DNA of 44,832 bases from an uncultured Gammaproteobacteria bacterium (GTDB taxonomy: Bacteria; Patescibacteriota; Patescibacteriia; UBA1558; GWA2-36-10), in assembly GCA_964478385.1 (NCBI GenBank), contig CAYZIE010000003.1:1-44832 (forward strand). Reading direction: 5' to 3'. The stretch's first letter is position 1. Each line of letters opens with the position of its first letter. This document shows positions 7,248 through 16,667 of the stretch, piece after piece. A model generated the notes under the pieces. That model had not been told where the DNA came from. It did not search any database and saw nothing but the letters and a program-made list of their open reading frames with translations. The translations under genes and the position numbers were made by a program.

Positions 7248-7277
7248 ACCCCTATTTTAATAAAATAGGGGTTTTTT
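7246..7277. terminator. bidirectional terminator
   Basis: CCCCTATTTT-aat-AAAATAGGGG followed by T6. Confidence 0.8.
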
Positions 7278-7303
7278 ATTTATCTAAAATAAGATAAAAA
7301 TAT

Positions 7304-8296
7304 TTATTTTTTGTTATTTTCATCAAGGTCTGGACCATCTTTTTCATCATTAATATCACCAACCAAAGATTCTAATACATCTTCCATTGTTACCAAACCA
7401 AGTATTTCACCTGTTTTTCTTGTAATAATAGCCATATGAGAAGTTTTGTTTCTCATTTTATTAAACAAAACATTAACCTTAGTATTTTCGTTTACTTGTA
7501 TAATTGGTTGAATATATTTCTCTAACAAATCTTCTCTATTATCGCTATTTAAAACTCTCATAATATCAATAACATGTATATATCCTATAATGTTATCTTT
7601 TTGGTTGTGGTAAACTGGATAACGACTAAACCCTTCTTGAGCAACAAAATAAGCAACTTGATCTATTGCTGTTTTATCATTTAATACACTAATTTTATAT
7701 CTTGGTGTCATTATACTTTTAACATCTATATCATTAAACTCTAAAACATTCATTATCATTTCATGTTCTTCAAAGTTAAAAATACCTTTTTCTACTGCTA
7801 AACGGCTAAATGCTTTAAATTCTTTTTCTGAAACAGGTAAGTTTTCTTTGTTTTTAGTTAAAATCTTTAATAGTTTCTCTAAAACTATGATCAAAGGAAA
7901 GAATAGTAATTGTAAAAAATATACAAAAGGAGCAAAAAATATTGCTAATTTCTCTGCATTTAGTTGAAAATATGCTTTTGGGTACATTTCGCCAAAAATT
8001 AGAATTAAAAAAGTCATTACACCTGTGGCTATACCAGCACCATTAGAGCCAAAAAAATCAATAGCTAAAACAGTAGCTAAACTAGCTGCTCCAATATTAA
8101 CTAAATTATTACCCAAAAGAATTGTAACCAATAATTTATGTTTATTATTTAATAATCTTTGTAAAATTACAGCTTTTTTGCCTTTTGTTAGTAATAAAGA
8201 CCTAATCTTAGCAGAAGATAACGAAAACAATGCTATTTCCATACCAGAAAACCAAGCAGAAAATAATAATAAAATAAATAAACTAAAATATATCAT
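7304..8296 (-). CDS. CNNM/DUF21 transmembrane domain plus CBS-pair protein (HlyC/CorC-type transporter family)
   Basis: 330 aa; 4 N-terminal TM helices, then a CBS-pair region; no CorC_HlyC tail. Confidence 0.8.
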   Translation of the reverse strand: MIYFSLFILLLFSAWFSGMEIALFSLSSAKIRSLLLTKGKKAVILQRLLNNKHKLLVTILLGNNLVNIGAASLATVLAIDFFGSNGAGIATGVMTFLILIFGEMYPKAYFQLNAEKLAIFFAPFVYFLQLLFFPLIIVLEKLLKILTKNKENLPVSEKEFKAFSRLAVEKGIFNFEEHEMIMNVLEFNDIDVKSIMTPRYKISVLNDKTAIDQVAYFVAQEGFSRYPVYHNQKDNIIGYIHVIDIMRVLNSDNREDLLEKYIQPIIQVNENTKVNVLFNKMRNKTSHMAIITRKTGEILGLVTMEDVLESLVGDINDEKDGPDLDENNKK

Positions 8297-8436
8297 ATTT
8301 TTTATTAATTAAAAAACAGCCTAAAGCAGGCGCTTGTTTTATGTATTATTTTTTTTAACATCGAGTTTGATTCATTTAAACTCTCCATAAATATATTATA
8401 CTATAAAAATCCAAAAGAGCAAGTAATTAAAAAATT

Positions 8437-8511
8437 TGGTGATCCTACTAGGAATCGAACCTAGATCTAGAGCTTAGGAGGCTCTTGTTTTATCCATTAA
8501 ACTACAGGATC
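8437..8511 (-). tRNA. tRNA-Arg (anticodon CCT), CCA encoded
   Basis: Hand-folded cloverleaf. Acceptor GATCCTG/TAGGATC, D stem GTTT/AAAC, anticodon stem AGAGC/GCTCT with loop CTCCTAA, T arm CTAGG-TTCGATT-CCTAG. Confidence 0.9.
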
Positions 8512-8734
8512 TTATTACCCCTAAAAATAACGCTTTTTTATTTTTCTTTACCTAGTTTTTAAATATATTTAGTGTCGTAAAATAAAAAAATTAAGCTTTG
8601 TTTTTACTACTTTTTACTCTATTTTTAAATAACAAATTAGTATATATTTTACTTTAAAAAACCACTTAATAATATAAAAAATATCTTTGTATATAATATA
8701 ATACAATAAATGTTAAAAGTCCATATTATCCACT

Positions 8735-8763
8735 TTGACTTTTTTTGCCCTTTACATTAATAT
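8735..8763 (+). promoter_or_regulatory. promoter TTGACT-17-TAATAT upstream of bactofilin
   Basis: TTGACT 8735..8740, TAATAT 8758..8763. Confidence 0.4.
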
Positions 8764-8801
8764 TTATTCAGTTAGAATAAAAGTAATTAAGTAATAATTA
8801 T

Positions 8802-9236
8802 ATGTTTAATAAAAAAGAAGCAAATCATCAAAAAACAATAGAAACTATCATTGGTCCTTCTGTAAAGGTTGAGGGAAACTTCAAAGGAGAAGGAGACCTT
8901 GTTATAGAAGGAATGTTGGTTGGTAGTTTACAAACAAAGAAAAACCTTAAAATAGGTTCTGAAGCTATAGTTGAGGCAGGAATTAAAGCTAATAATGCTT
9001 TTATTTCTGGAAAAGTAAAAGGCAATGTTGTTATTAAAGGAAAACTAGAAATAACAAATACCGCTGTAATATTAGGCGATATTAAAGCACAAATAATATC
9101 TATTGAAACAGGAGCTTTAATAAATGGTCAGGTTACAATGCCTATTGAGCAAATTATAACAACAAAAGAAAAGAAACAAGAAAAGAAAAACGAAGAAGAA
9201 ATAAATATACCTGAAGAAAAAAATCCTCAGGAATAA
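8802..9236 (+). CDS. bactofilin-family cytoskeletal protein
   Basis: 144 aa; repetitive beta-helical pattern (VKVEGNFKGEGDLVIEG, VKGNVVIKGKLEI) and a charged tail. Confidence 0.8.
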   Translation: MFNKKEANHQKTIETIIGPSVKVEGNFKGEGDLVIEGMLVGSLQTKKNLKIGSEAIVEAGIKANNAFISGKVKGNVVIKGKLEITNTAVILGDIKAQIISIETGALINGQVTMPIEQIITTKEKKQEKKNEEEINIPEEKNPQE

Positions 9237-9245
9237 CAAAGAATT

Positions 9246-9995
9246 ATGTATCTATACGTTTACGATTCATTTTTAAACGATAAAAAATACAATAGTTTAC
9301 TTATAAAAATAGAACAGAGAATAACTGATTTAGGAATAAAAGGTAGGGTAGCTAAGTTGTCTATACTTAAGAACATGAAAGAGTTAATCTCTGATGCTGT
9401 AAAAGAAGGTGTAGAAACTGTTGTTGTTGTTGGTGATAACCAAACATTTTCTAAGGTTATTAATGTTATAGCAAGTCTTGATGTAACCCTAGGAATTATA
9501 CCTGTTGATAATAACAATAATATTGCTGAGGTCCTTGGTGTACCTCCTAAAGTTTTAGCTTGTGAAGTTTTAGCTTCTAGAATTATTAAAAAAATAGATC
9601 TTGGTAAAATTAATAACCACTATTTTATTAATACAGCTGAGATTATAAATAGAGATGTCGATATTCAATTTGATAACTTTAATGTTCAACCAACAACTAC
9701 TGATAGTCATATAGCTTTGTGTAATTTTCCTAATAATCAAAATATTTCAGCTAATATTAGCCCTGTTGATGGTATTTTAGAAGCTATTATAACCCCTGTT
9801 AAAAAAGGAGTTTTGGGTAAAAAAAATATATCAGGTACTATTCTACCTTTCTCAAAAATAAAAATTACCAGCAACGAAGAAGATCAAGTTCCTATTATAG
9901 CTGATAAAAATATAGTTATGAAAACACCTGCTGAAGTGTCTGTTGAACAACAAAAAATAAAGGTAATTGTTGGACCTGACAGATTGTTTAATTAA
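9246..9995 (+). CDS. diacylglycerol/lipid-kinase catalytic-domain-like protein (YegS/BmrU type), divergent motifs
   Basis: 249 aa; VVVVGDNQT stands in place of GGDGT and GIIPVDNNNN in place of PxGTxND. Confidence 0.55.
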   Translation: MYLYVYDSFLNDKKYNSLLIKIEQRITDLGIKGRVAKLSILKNMKELISDAVKEGVETVVVVGDNQTFSKVINVIASLDVTLGIIPVDNNNNIAEVLGVPPKVLACEVLASRIIKKIDLGKINNHYFINTAEIINRDVDIQFDNFNVQPTTTDSHIALCNFPNNQNISANISPVDGILEAIITPVKKGVLGKKNISGTILPFSKIKITSNEEDQVPIIADKNIVMKTPAEVSVEQQKIKVIVGPDRLFN

Positions 9996-10007
9996 AATTT
10001 ATATAGA

Positions 10008-10715
10008 TTATTTCTCAATAACCTCTACGGTTGTTTTTTTCTTGCCTAATATAATATATTGTTGAGCTACTGAAAATAAAGTAGTTAAAAACCAATAGAA
10101 TGTTAAGCCTGATGGAAAGTTAGCACCAATTACAACTGTAATAACAGGCATAAAATACATCATTTGAGTACCCATAGAATTTACTTGTCCTTTTTGTTTT
10201 TTATTTATCATCATTTTAGATTGCCAAAACTGTCCTGCACCAGCTAATAGTGCCATAATAAGGCTTTTTTCAGATAGATCTAAAAATCCAAACGCAACAG
10301 GATTTAAAGTCCCTGGGTTAGAAACAAAAGAGTATAATGCGCTCATACTTCCTTCTTTTGTTAAACCATCAAAAAATACTCTATAGATAGCTATTAAAAA
10401 TGGTAATTGTACCAACATTGGAAAACAAGAAGAAAATGGGTTGATCTTATGTTTTTTATATAAAGCCATTAGTTCTGGCCCCATTTTTTCTTTATCATCC
10501 TTATACTCTTCTTTAAGTTTTTCTATTTCAGGTTGAATGTTTTGTAGTTCTTTTTGTGCTTTAATAGATTTTTTAGATAAAGGGTAAAGAACTAATCTAA
10601 TAATCAATGTAAGTATAATAATGGCTATACCTAAATCATGATTAGGTACTATATTGTATAAAAAAACTAAAAGATTAAATATTGGTTGATAAAATAAAGT
10701 AAAAAATATTGCCAT
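10008..10715 (-). CDS. yidC: membrane protein insertase YidC (short form)
   Basis: 235 aa; INPFSSCFPMLVQLPFLIAIY core; conserved position next to yidD-rnpA-rpmH. Confidence 0.9.
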   Translation of the reverse strand: MAIFFTLFYQPIFNLLVFLYNIVPNHDLGIAIIILTLIIRLVLYPLSKKSIKAQKELQNIQPEIEKLKEEYKDDKEKMGPELMALYKKHKINPFSSCFPMLVQLPFLIAIYRVFFDGLTKEGSMSALYSFVSNPGTLNPVAFGFLDLSEKSLIMALLAGAGQFWQSKMMINKKQKGQVNSMGTQMMYFMPVITVVIGANFPSGLTFYWFLTTLFSVAQQYIILGKKKTTVEVIEK

Positions 10716-10730
10716 AATGTTGTATTTTTA

Positions 10731-10967
10731 TTAATTAATTGGATCTTTTCCTCCTTTAGAAAAGGGATTACATCGTAATATTCGCCAAAAAGATTTAATC
10801 ACCCCTTTAAAAACCCCATATTTTTCAATAGCTTGATATGAATACTCTGAACAATGAGGATGAAAACGACAATAACCGTGTGGAAAATATATTTTAAACC
10901 ACCCAGTATCAGGAGAAAGTGTTTTTTGATATATACGTATTATCTTTAATAATACTGTTTTAAGCAT
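10731..10967 (-). CDS. yidD: membrane protein insertion efficiency factor YidD
   Basis: 78 aa; CRFHPHCSEY and RCNPFSKGG motifs. Confidence 0.9.
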   Translation of the reverse strand: MLKTVLLKIIRIYQKTLSPDTGWFKIYFPHGYCRFHPHCSEYSYQAIEKYGVFKGVIKSFWRILRCNPFSKGGKDPIN

Positions 10968-11307
10968 TGTTTAAAGTCTTAATTTTAGATAACCCTGAAA
11001 TAAGTACTGTTTCTAGTTTTTTAAATTCTAGTCCTAAAGCTTGTTTTTTAACTATAATCAATATATTGTATCCCGGTTTAATATTGTTTATATTATCTTT
11101 AATAATAGCTCTTATCTGTCTTTTTGTCCTATTACGTACTACAGCTCTTTTATCAACCTTAGTAGAGACAATAACACCTATTTTTGTAGTTTTTTCTTTG
11201 TTTTCCTTATGTTTTATAACAAAAGTAGGTAAAAAAAGAGTTTTTCCTGTTTTTATCAAGTCTTTAATCTCTTTATCTTTAGATAATCTATTAAGTTTTG
11301 CTAACAT
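10960..11307 (-). CDS. rnpA: ribonuclease P protein component
   Basis: 115 aa, basic; sits between rpmH and yidD; 8-nt overlap with yidD. Confidence 0.88.
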   Translation of the reverse strand: MLAKLNRLSKDKEIKDLIKTGKTLFLPTFVIKHKENKEKTTKIGVIVSTKVDKRAVVRNRTKRQIRAIIKDNINNIKPGYNILIIVKKQALGLEFKKLETVLISGLSKIKTLNNA

Positions 11308-11316
11308 ATATAAAAA

Positions 11317-11457
11317 CTAAACAGCTAGTTTTTTTCTTTTTTTAGCTCTTCTATTTTTTAATACATTACGACCAGGTTTACTAGACATTCTTGCTTTAAA
11401 ACCGTGTTTTCTAGCTCTTTTCTTCTTTTTTGGTTGGTATGTTCTTTTTGTTGACAT
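11317..11457 (-). CDS. rpmH: 50S ribosomal protein L34
   Basis: Start moved to ATG 11457 ([20 protein letters not shown]...), 46 aa. The ORF-track N-terminal extension is spurious. Confidence 0.93.
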   Translation of the reverse strand: MSTKRTYQPKKKKRARKHGFKARMSSKPGRNVLKNRRAKKRKKLAV

Positions 11458-11661
11458 AAAAATAATAATTAACGAAACAATAATAACACATTTAATACTC
11501 TTTGGCAATACGTTTATACCTCGTTTAATTATTAACAAAATATACACACTTTATTCTATTTTAATGGTTTTTATAAATATTGTTTTATGTTATTATTATT
11601 AATAATCAGTACTTGCTTTTAAATTTTATTTTTATTAGTATATAAGCATATATTTAAACAA

Positions 11662-13029
11662 ATGGTTGAACATGATAAAGTTTGGCAAAATGTTTTAGGC
11701 CAACTAGAATTATCTTTAAGTAAAGCTAGTTTTGAAACTTGGTTCAAAGACACTTTTATAATACAAATAAATGATCGGGAGATTATTATTGGTGTTCCTA
11801 GTTCTTTTATTAAATCGTGGATAGAAAAAAAATATAATAACCATATTATACAAACACTAGAGAAGTCTTTATCAAAAAATAATCTACAGGTTATCTACAG
11901 GGTAGAAACAAAAAGTATTTCACCTAATATTGGCCAAAAAGTAAATAATAAAGAAGAAAAAGATAAGGATACTGTGTATAAACAAAAGTCCAGTAAACCA
12001 TTATCTAGTTTTGGTCTTAATTCTAATTATACATTTAATAGTTTTGTTGTTGGTCCTGGTAATGAATTAGCACAAGCTGCTGCTAATGCTGCTGCTAAAA
12101 CACCTGGACAAATATATAATCCTTTATTTATTTATGGTGGTGTTGGGCTAGGTAAAACACATCTTATTCAAGCTGTTGGTAATCTTATATTAAATAAAGA
12201 TCCTAAAAAGAAGATATTATATATTAATAGTGAAAATTTTATAAATGACTTTATTTTTTCTATAAAAAATGGGCAAACAGACAAATTCAAAGAAAAGTAT
12301 AGAAATATAGATGTGTTATTAATAGATGATATTCAATTTATAGCAGGTAAAGAACAAACTCAAGAAGAGTTTTTTCATACATTTAATGCTTTACATCAAA
12401 ATAATAAACAAATAGTTATATCCTCTGATAGACCACCAAAGGCTATACCATCTATTGAAAATCGTCTTATATCACGTTTTGAGTGGGGTATGATAGCTGA
12501 TATTTCATCTCCTGATTTAGAAACAAGGGTTGCTATTCTAGAAATAAAATGCCAAGAAAGAAACTATAATTTAAATAAAGAGATAATACATTATATAGCT
12601 GAAAGCATACAAGATAATATTAGAGAATTAGAAGGGGCTCTTAATAGGATTATAGTTTTTCATCAATTAAACAACTCTAATCCAACTATAGAAAGTGTAC
12701 GATCTATACTAGGTGGTATATCTACCAACCCTAAAAAAGCTGGTTTAACTAGCAAAAAACTAATTCGAGCTATTTCTAACTTCTTTGATATAGAGATAAA
12801 AGATTTACTAGGGACAAGTAGAAAAAAAGAATTTGTTACACCTAGACAAATAACAATGTTTTTAATGAGGGAAGAATTAAAAGCTTCTTATCCTAATATA
12901 GGGCAAGATATAGGTGGTAGAGATCACACCACAGCTATGCATGCATGTATAAAAATGAGTAAACTTGTAGAAACAGATGATAAAATAAAAAACGATATTG
13001 CTATTTTAAGAGAAAAAATATATGAATAA
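11662..13029 (+). CDS. dnaA: chromosomal replication initiator DnaA
   Basis: 455 aa; Walker A GGVGLGKTHL, Walker B LLIDDIQF, C-terminal DNA-binding domain. Confidence 0.97.
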   Translation: MVEHDKVWQNVLGQLELSLSKASFETWFKDTFIIQINDREIIIGVPSSFIKSWIEKKYNNHIIQTLEKSLSKNNLQVIYRVETKSISPNIGQKVNNKEEKDKDTVYKQKSSKPLSSFGLNSNYTFNSFVVGPGNELAQAAANAAAKTPGQIYNPLFIYGGVGLGKTHLIQAVGNLILNKDPKKKILYINSENFINDFIFSIKNGQTDKFKEKYRNIDVLLIDDIQFIAGKEQTQEEFFHTFNALHQNNKQIVISSDRPPKAIPSIENRLISRFEWGMIADISSPDLETRVAILEIKCQERNYNLNKEIIHYIAESIQDNIRELEGALNRIIVFHQLNNSNPTIESVRSILGGISTNPKKAGLTSKKLIRAISNFFDIEIKDLLGTSRKKEFVTPRQITMFLMREELKASYPNIGQDIGGRDHTTAMHACIKMSKLVETDDKIKNDIAILREKIYE

Positions 13030-13298
13030 CTTGTTAAAAACTTTTTAACTTCTTGTTTATAATATAATTGACAAACTGTTAATAAAACAATAAGTTATTA
13101 AGACAAAAATATAAAAAAATTATTATTGTGTATAGATTATATTTTTATCAAACATTTATTAACTAGTTATCCAAAAGTAAAAAATATTAAAAACAAACAT
13201 TTTACTCAATAAAGTAATGAAAATAATAAAAATTATTAACATATCAACAAGCCTTACTACTACTATTAATTTTATATATAAATAATAACAATAATAAT

Positions 13299-14399
13299 AT
13301 GAAGATAATTTGTACTCAAGAAAATTTACACAAAGGGTTAAATATAGTTTCTAATATAGCTGATAAAAACACTAACCTACCTATTTTAAATAACGTACTA
13401 TTAAAAGCTTCTAAAGATGGTTTAGAGTTAATTACAACAGATTTAGAGATTGGTATTAAAGTATTTGTAAGGGGTAAGGTTATAGAAGAAGGGGAATTTA
13501 CAGTTGAAGCAAAACTACTTAATAGTTTTGTTAGTCTATTACCTAAAGAAAATATAGAAATAAACCTTAAAGGTGATAATTTAGAAATAACAAGTAAAGA
13601 TCAAAAAACAACCATAAAAGGTTTGAAAGCAGAAGACTTTCCACTTATACCAGAAACAGAAAAAGAGTTTGAAATAAAAACATCAACTAATAATTTTAAA
13701 AATTCCTTAAGTCAGGTTGTGTTTTCAGCTTCATTAGATACATCTAGAGTAGAGATAAATGCTGTTGATTTTATATTTAAAAATAATGAATTAATTTTAA
13801 CAGCTACAGATAGTTATAGATTAGCTGAAAAAAAATTAAATATTTCAAACAATAAAGAAAAAGATTTAGTGATACCATTAAAAACAACCCAAGAGGTTTT
13901 AAGGATATTAAACGAACAAGACTCTCAAGATGTAAAAATATATTTTAATGACAACCAAATTGTTTTTACTTTTAATGGTGTAGAATTAATTTCTAGAATT
14001 ATTGATGGTAAATATCCAGATTATAAACAAATAATACCAAATGATTTTACTACAACTGTTAAATGTAATGTAAACGATCTTATACCTGTTGTAAAACGCG
14101 TTTCTCTTCTTTGTAAACAAGGTATTAATGATGTTTTTTTAAGTTTTAATAAAGAAGAACAAAAGATAATAGTATCAACAACATCATCAAACAAAGGTGA
14201 TAGTACTACAAGTGTATCAGCTGATATTCAAGGAGATAATAATGACGCTATATTTAATTATAGATATTTACTAGATGGTTTAAACAATATAAAAGAAAAT
14301 AGCGTTATTTTTAGTGTGAATAATAGTTCTTCACCAGCTTTATTAAAACCAGGTAGTAGTAAAGATTATATTTATTTAATAATGCCAATTAAACAATAG
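13299..14399 (+). CDS. dnaN: DNA polymerase III beta sliding clamp
   Basis: 366 aa; three-domain clamp length; canonical position after dnaA. Confidence 0.95.
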   Translation: MKIICTQENLHKGLNIVSNIADKNTNLPILNNVLLKASKDGLELITTDLEIGIKVFVRGKVIEEGEFTVEAKLLNSFVSLLPKENIEINLKGDNLEITSKDQKTTIKGLKAEDFPLIPETEKEFEIKTSTNNFKNSLSQVVFSASLDTSRVEINAVDFIFKNNELILTATDSYRLAEKKLNISNNKEKDLVIPLKTTQEVLRILNEQDSQDVKIYFNDNQIVFTFNGVELISRIIDGKYPDYKQIIPNDFTTTVKCNVNDLIPVVKRVSLLCKQGINDVFLSFNKEEQKIIVSTTSSNKGDSTTSVSADIQGDNNDAIFNYRYLLDGLNNIKENSVIFSVNNSSSPALLKPGSSKDYIYLIMPIKQ

Positions 14400-14490
14400 T
14401 TGTATATTTTACATTTTTTTGTTATAATATTTATACCTTTATAGGTAAATTAAATATTCTTTCTAAATTATTATTTTTAGAATAGAAAAC

Positions 14491-14522
14491 AAAAAACACC
14501 TTTGCGCGATAGGGTGTTTTTT
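14491..14522. terminator. bidirectional terminator between dnaN and ferredoxin
   Basis: A6-CACCTT...AGGGTG-T6 hairpin. Confidence 0.7.
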
Positions 14523-14530
14523 AATTATGT

Positions 14531-14761
14531 TTATTTTTCTACTTTTATAATATTAACAGGACATTCTTTTTCGGCTTTTAGATTACAATCTAAATCACTT
14601 TCATGTATTTCTCCTACCCATATACTATTTTTTTCTTTTGATCCTTGTAATTTAGATAATCCATCATCTTCCATTTTCCAAGATTGAGGACATAGTGTTG
14701 CGCATAGACCACAACCTATACACTCTTTTCTTTTGTGAGTTATTTTATAAGTTTTTGACAT
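14531..14761 (-). CDS. small [4Fe-4S]-type ferredoxin
   Basis: 76 aa; CIGCGLCATLCP plus a distal C...ECP; begins 1 nt after the U32 stop. Confidence 0.8.
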   Translation of the reverse strand: MSKTYKITHKRKECIGCGLCATLCPQSWKMEDDGLSKLQGSKEKNSIWVGEIHESDLDCNLKAEKECPVNIIKVEK

Positions 14762-14762
14762 A

Positions 14763-16001
14763 TTATTTTTTCTTAATTATATAAAATTTATCATTTTCTC
14801 TTACTCTTTCTAATACAGGTATAGTTATTATATCACCTTTTTTAGCCTTTTTAATATTTTTCCTATCTTCAGATCTTAATTTACTAATTTTTCCAAATAT
14901 AACCCCTGTATTTTTACCTGTTATAGAATATTTATCATTAATATTTATATTATATGCTTGTAATAGTATTTCAGCAACTTTTATTTTAGGATAATAATGT
15001 TTTACTATACCTGTGAATATTTTTTCTTCAGTAGCTTGACTATTACCACTAGCAGACCATTCTTGTAATTTTTTACCAAGATAATATCCATCACTTAACC
15101 CCCTATTAAAAACTTTTTTTAACTCTTTTTCAAGTTTTATTTTATCTTTTTCTGTATATTTATCTTTTTTTATTAATTTAATAGCTTTGTTATATGTATT
15201 TACAACAGTAGCTACATATTCTGGTGACCTTCCTCTACCTTCTATTTTTAAAGATTTGACGCCTAGTGATATTATTTTATCTAAAAAACTAATAGTACAA
15301 ATATCTTTAGGACTCATTACATAGTTGTTGTCTATAATTAATTCTTGATTTGTTTCACAATCACTAACCTTATACTTTCTTCTACATAATTGTCTACAAG
15401 CACCTCTGTCAGCAGAAGAGTTATACTGATAAAGACTCATTGAACATCTACCAGACACAGCTATACATAAAGCTCCGTGTATAAACACTTCTATTTCAAT
15501 TAATTTACCATTAGGTCCTTTTATTTTTTGTTTTTTAATTTCTTTTATTATATTTTCTATTCTGTCTAAATTTAACTCTCTAGCTAAAACTATTCTATCA
15601 ACAAATTGAGAATAGAATTTAACAGCTTCGATATTTGATATAGATAATTGTGTAGAAGCATGTACTTCTATGTTTATACTTCTAGCATATTGCATTGCAG
15701 CAATATCAGAAACAATTAAAGCATCTACTTTATACTTTTTAGCGTCATCTATTATCTTTTTCATTAACAATAGATCATTATCATATAATACAGTATTAAT
15801 CGTTAAATAACTTTTTATCTTATTTTCTTTACAAATTTTAGTTATTTTTTTTAAATCTGAACTATCAAAATTAGCTGCAGAAACAGCACGCATATTCAAT
15901 TGATTTATACCAAAATAAATAGCATTAGCACCATTTTTAATCGCAGCATGTAATGATTCATATGAACCAGCTGGGGCTAGTAATTCTATATTATTCTTCA
16001 T
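14763..16001 (-). CDS. U32-family protein (peptidase U32 / RlhA-TrhP-type RNA hydroxylation factor family)
   Basis: 412 aa; U32 signature region EVFIHGALCIAVSGRCSMS. Confidence 0.88.
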   Translation of the reverse strand: MKNNIELLAPAGSYESLHAAIKNGANAIYFGINQLNMRAVSAANFDSSDLKKITKICKENKIKSYLTINTVLYDNDLLLMKKIIDDAKKYKVDALIVSDIAAMQYARSINIEVHASTQLSISNIEAVKFYSQFVDRIVLARELNLDRIENIIKEIKKQKIKGPNGKLIEIEVFIHGALCIAVSGRCSMSLYQYNSSADRGACRQLCRRKYKVSDCETNQELIIDNNYVMSPKDICTISFLDKIISLGVKSLKIEGRGRSPEYVATVVNTYNKAIKLIKKDKYTEKDKIKLEKELKKVFNRGLSDGYYLGKKLQEWSASGNSQATEEKIFTGIVKHYYPKIKVAEILLQAYNININDKYSITGKNTGVIFGKISKLRSEDRKNIKKAKKGDIITIPVLERVRENDKFYIIKKK

Positions 16002-16096
16002 AGTAAATAATTAAACTATATATTAAGTATTTTGTCTATATACATAAATATTTAAAGTAATTGAAATTGTTATTAAAGTTTGCTAGTATTAAACTT

Positions 16097-16666
16097 ATGA
16101 TAGCATATATAAAAGGAGAGGTAATTCAAAAAAACGAAAGATCAATTATACTACTTACTAATGGTATTGGTTACGAGGTTTTTTTAATTAATAATGATTT
16201 AGAAAACATAGAAAAAGGTAAAAACTGTGAATTAAACATATATTCACACATTAAAGAAGATATGTTTGATTTATACGGTTTTAAAGATATAGAACAATTA
16301 GATTTTTTTAAGAAGATTATATCAATATCAGGAATTGGACCAAAAAGTGCTCTTAATATACTATCTTTAGCAGATATACATGATTTGAAAAGAGCGATTA
16401 GTAGTGAGGATTCTTCTTTTTTACAAACAGTATCTGGTATAGGTAAAAAAACAGCAGCAAGAATTGTATTAGAGTTAAAAGAAAAAATTGTAACAGAGAT
16501 TTCAGATCAAGAAATACAAAAACAAGGATCAGGACAAGTTATAGAAGCTTTAATATCTTTAGGGTATAAAGAAACAGATGCTAGAGATGCTGCTAAAAAA
16601 GTACCAGATGATATACAAGAATTATCAGAAAAGATTAAAATAGCATTGAAAGAAGTAAATAAATAA
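16097..16666 (+). CDS. ruvA: Holliday junction branch-migration complex subunit RuvA
   Basis: Start moved from TTG 16061 to ATG 16097 (MIAYIKGEV). HhH motifs GIGPKSA and GIGKKTA. Confidence 0.9.
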   Translation: MIAYIKGEVIQKNERSIILLTNGIGYEVFLINNDLENIEKGKNCELNIYSHIKEDMFDLYGFKDIEQLDFFKKIISISGIGPKSALNILSLADIHDLKRAISSEDSSFLQTVSGIGKKTAARIVLELKEKIVTEISDQEIQKQGSGQVIEALISLGYKETDARDAAKKVPDDIQELSEKIKIALKEVNK

Positions 16667-16667
16667 A

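Noticed and set aside
10967-11320. 117-aa and 63-aa plus-strand ORFs opposite rnpA
   Set aside because: Shadow ORFs antisense to rnpA in the conserved rpmH-rnpA-yidD-yidC block.
11458-11547. 30-codon N-terminal extension of rpmH in the ORF track
   Set aside because: L34 is a conserved protein of about 45 aa beginning MSTKRTYQP. The extension is hydrophobic read-through of the promoter region.
14502-14687. 61-aa plus-strand ORF opposite the ferredoxin gene
   Set aside because: It starts inside the terminator and is antisense to a ferredoxin with an intact Cys motif.
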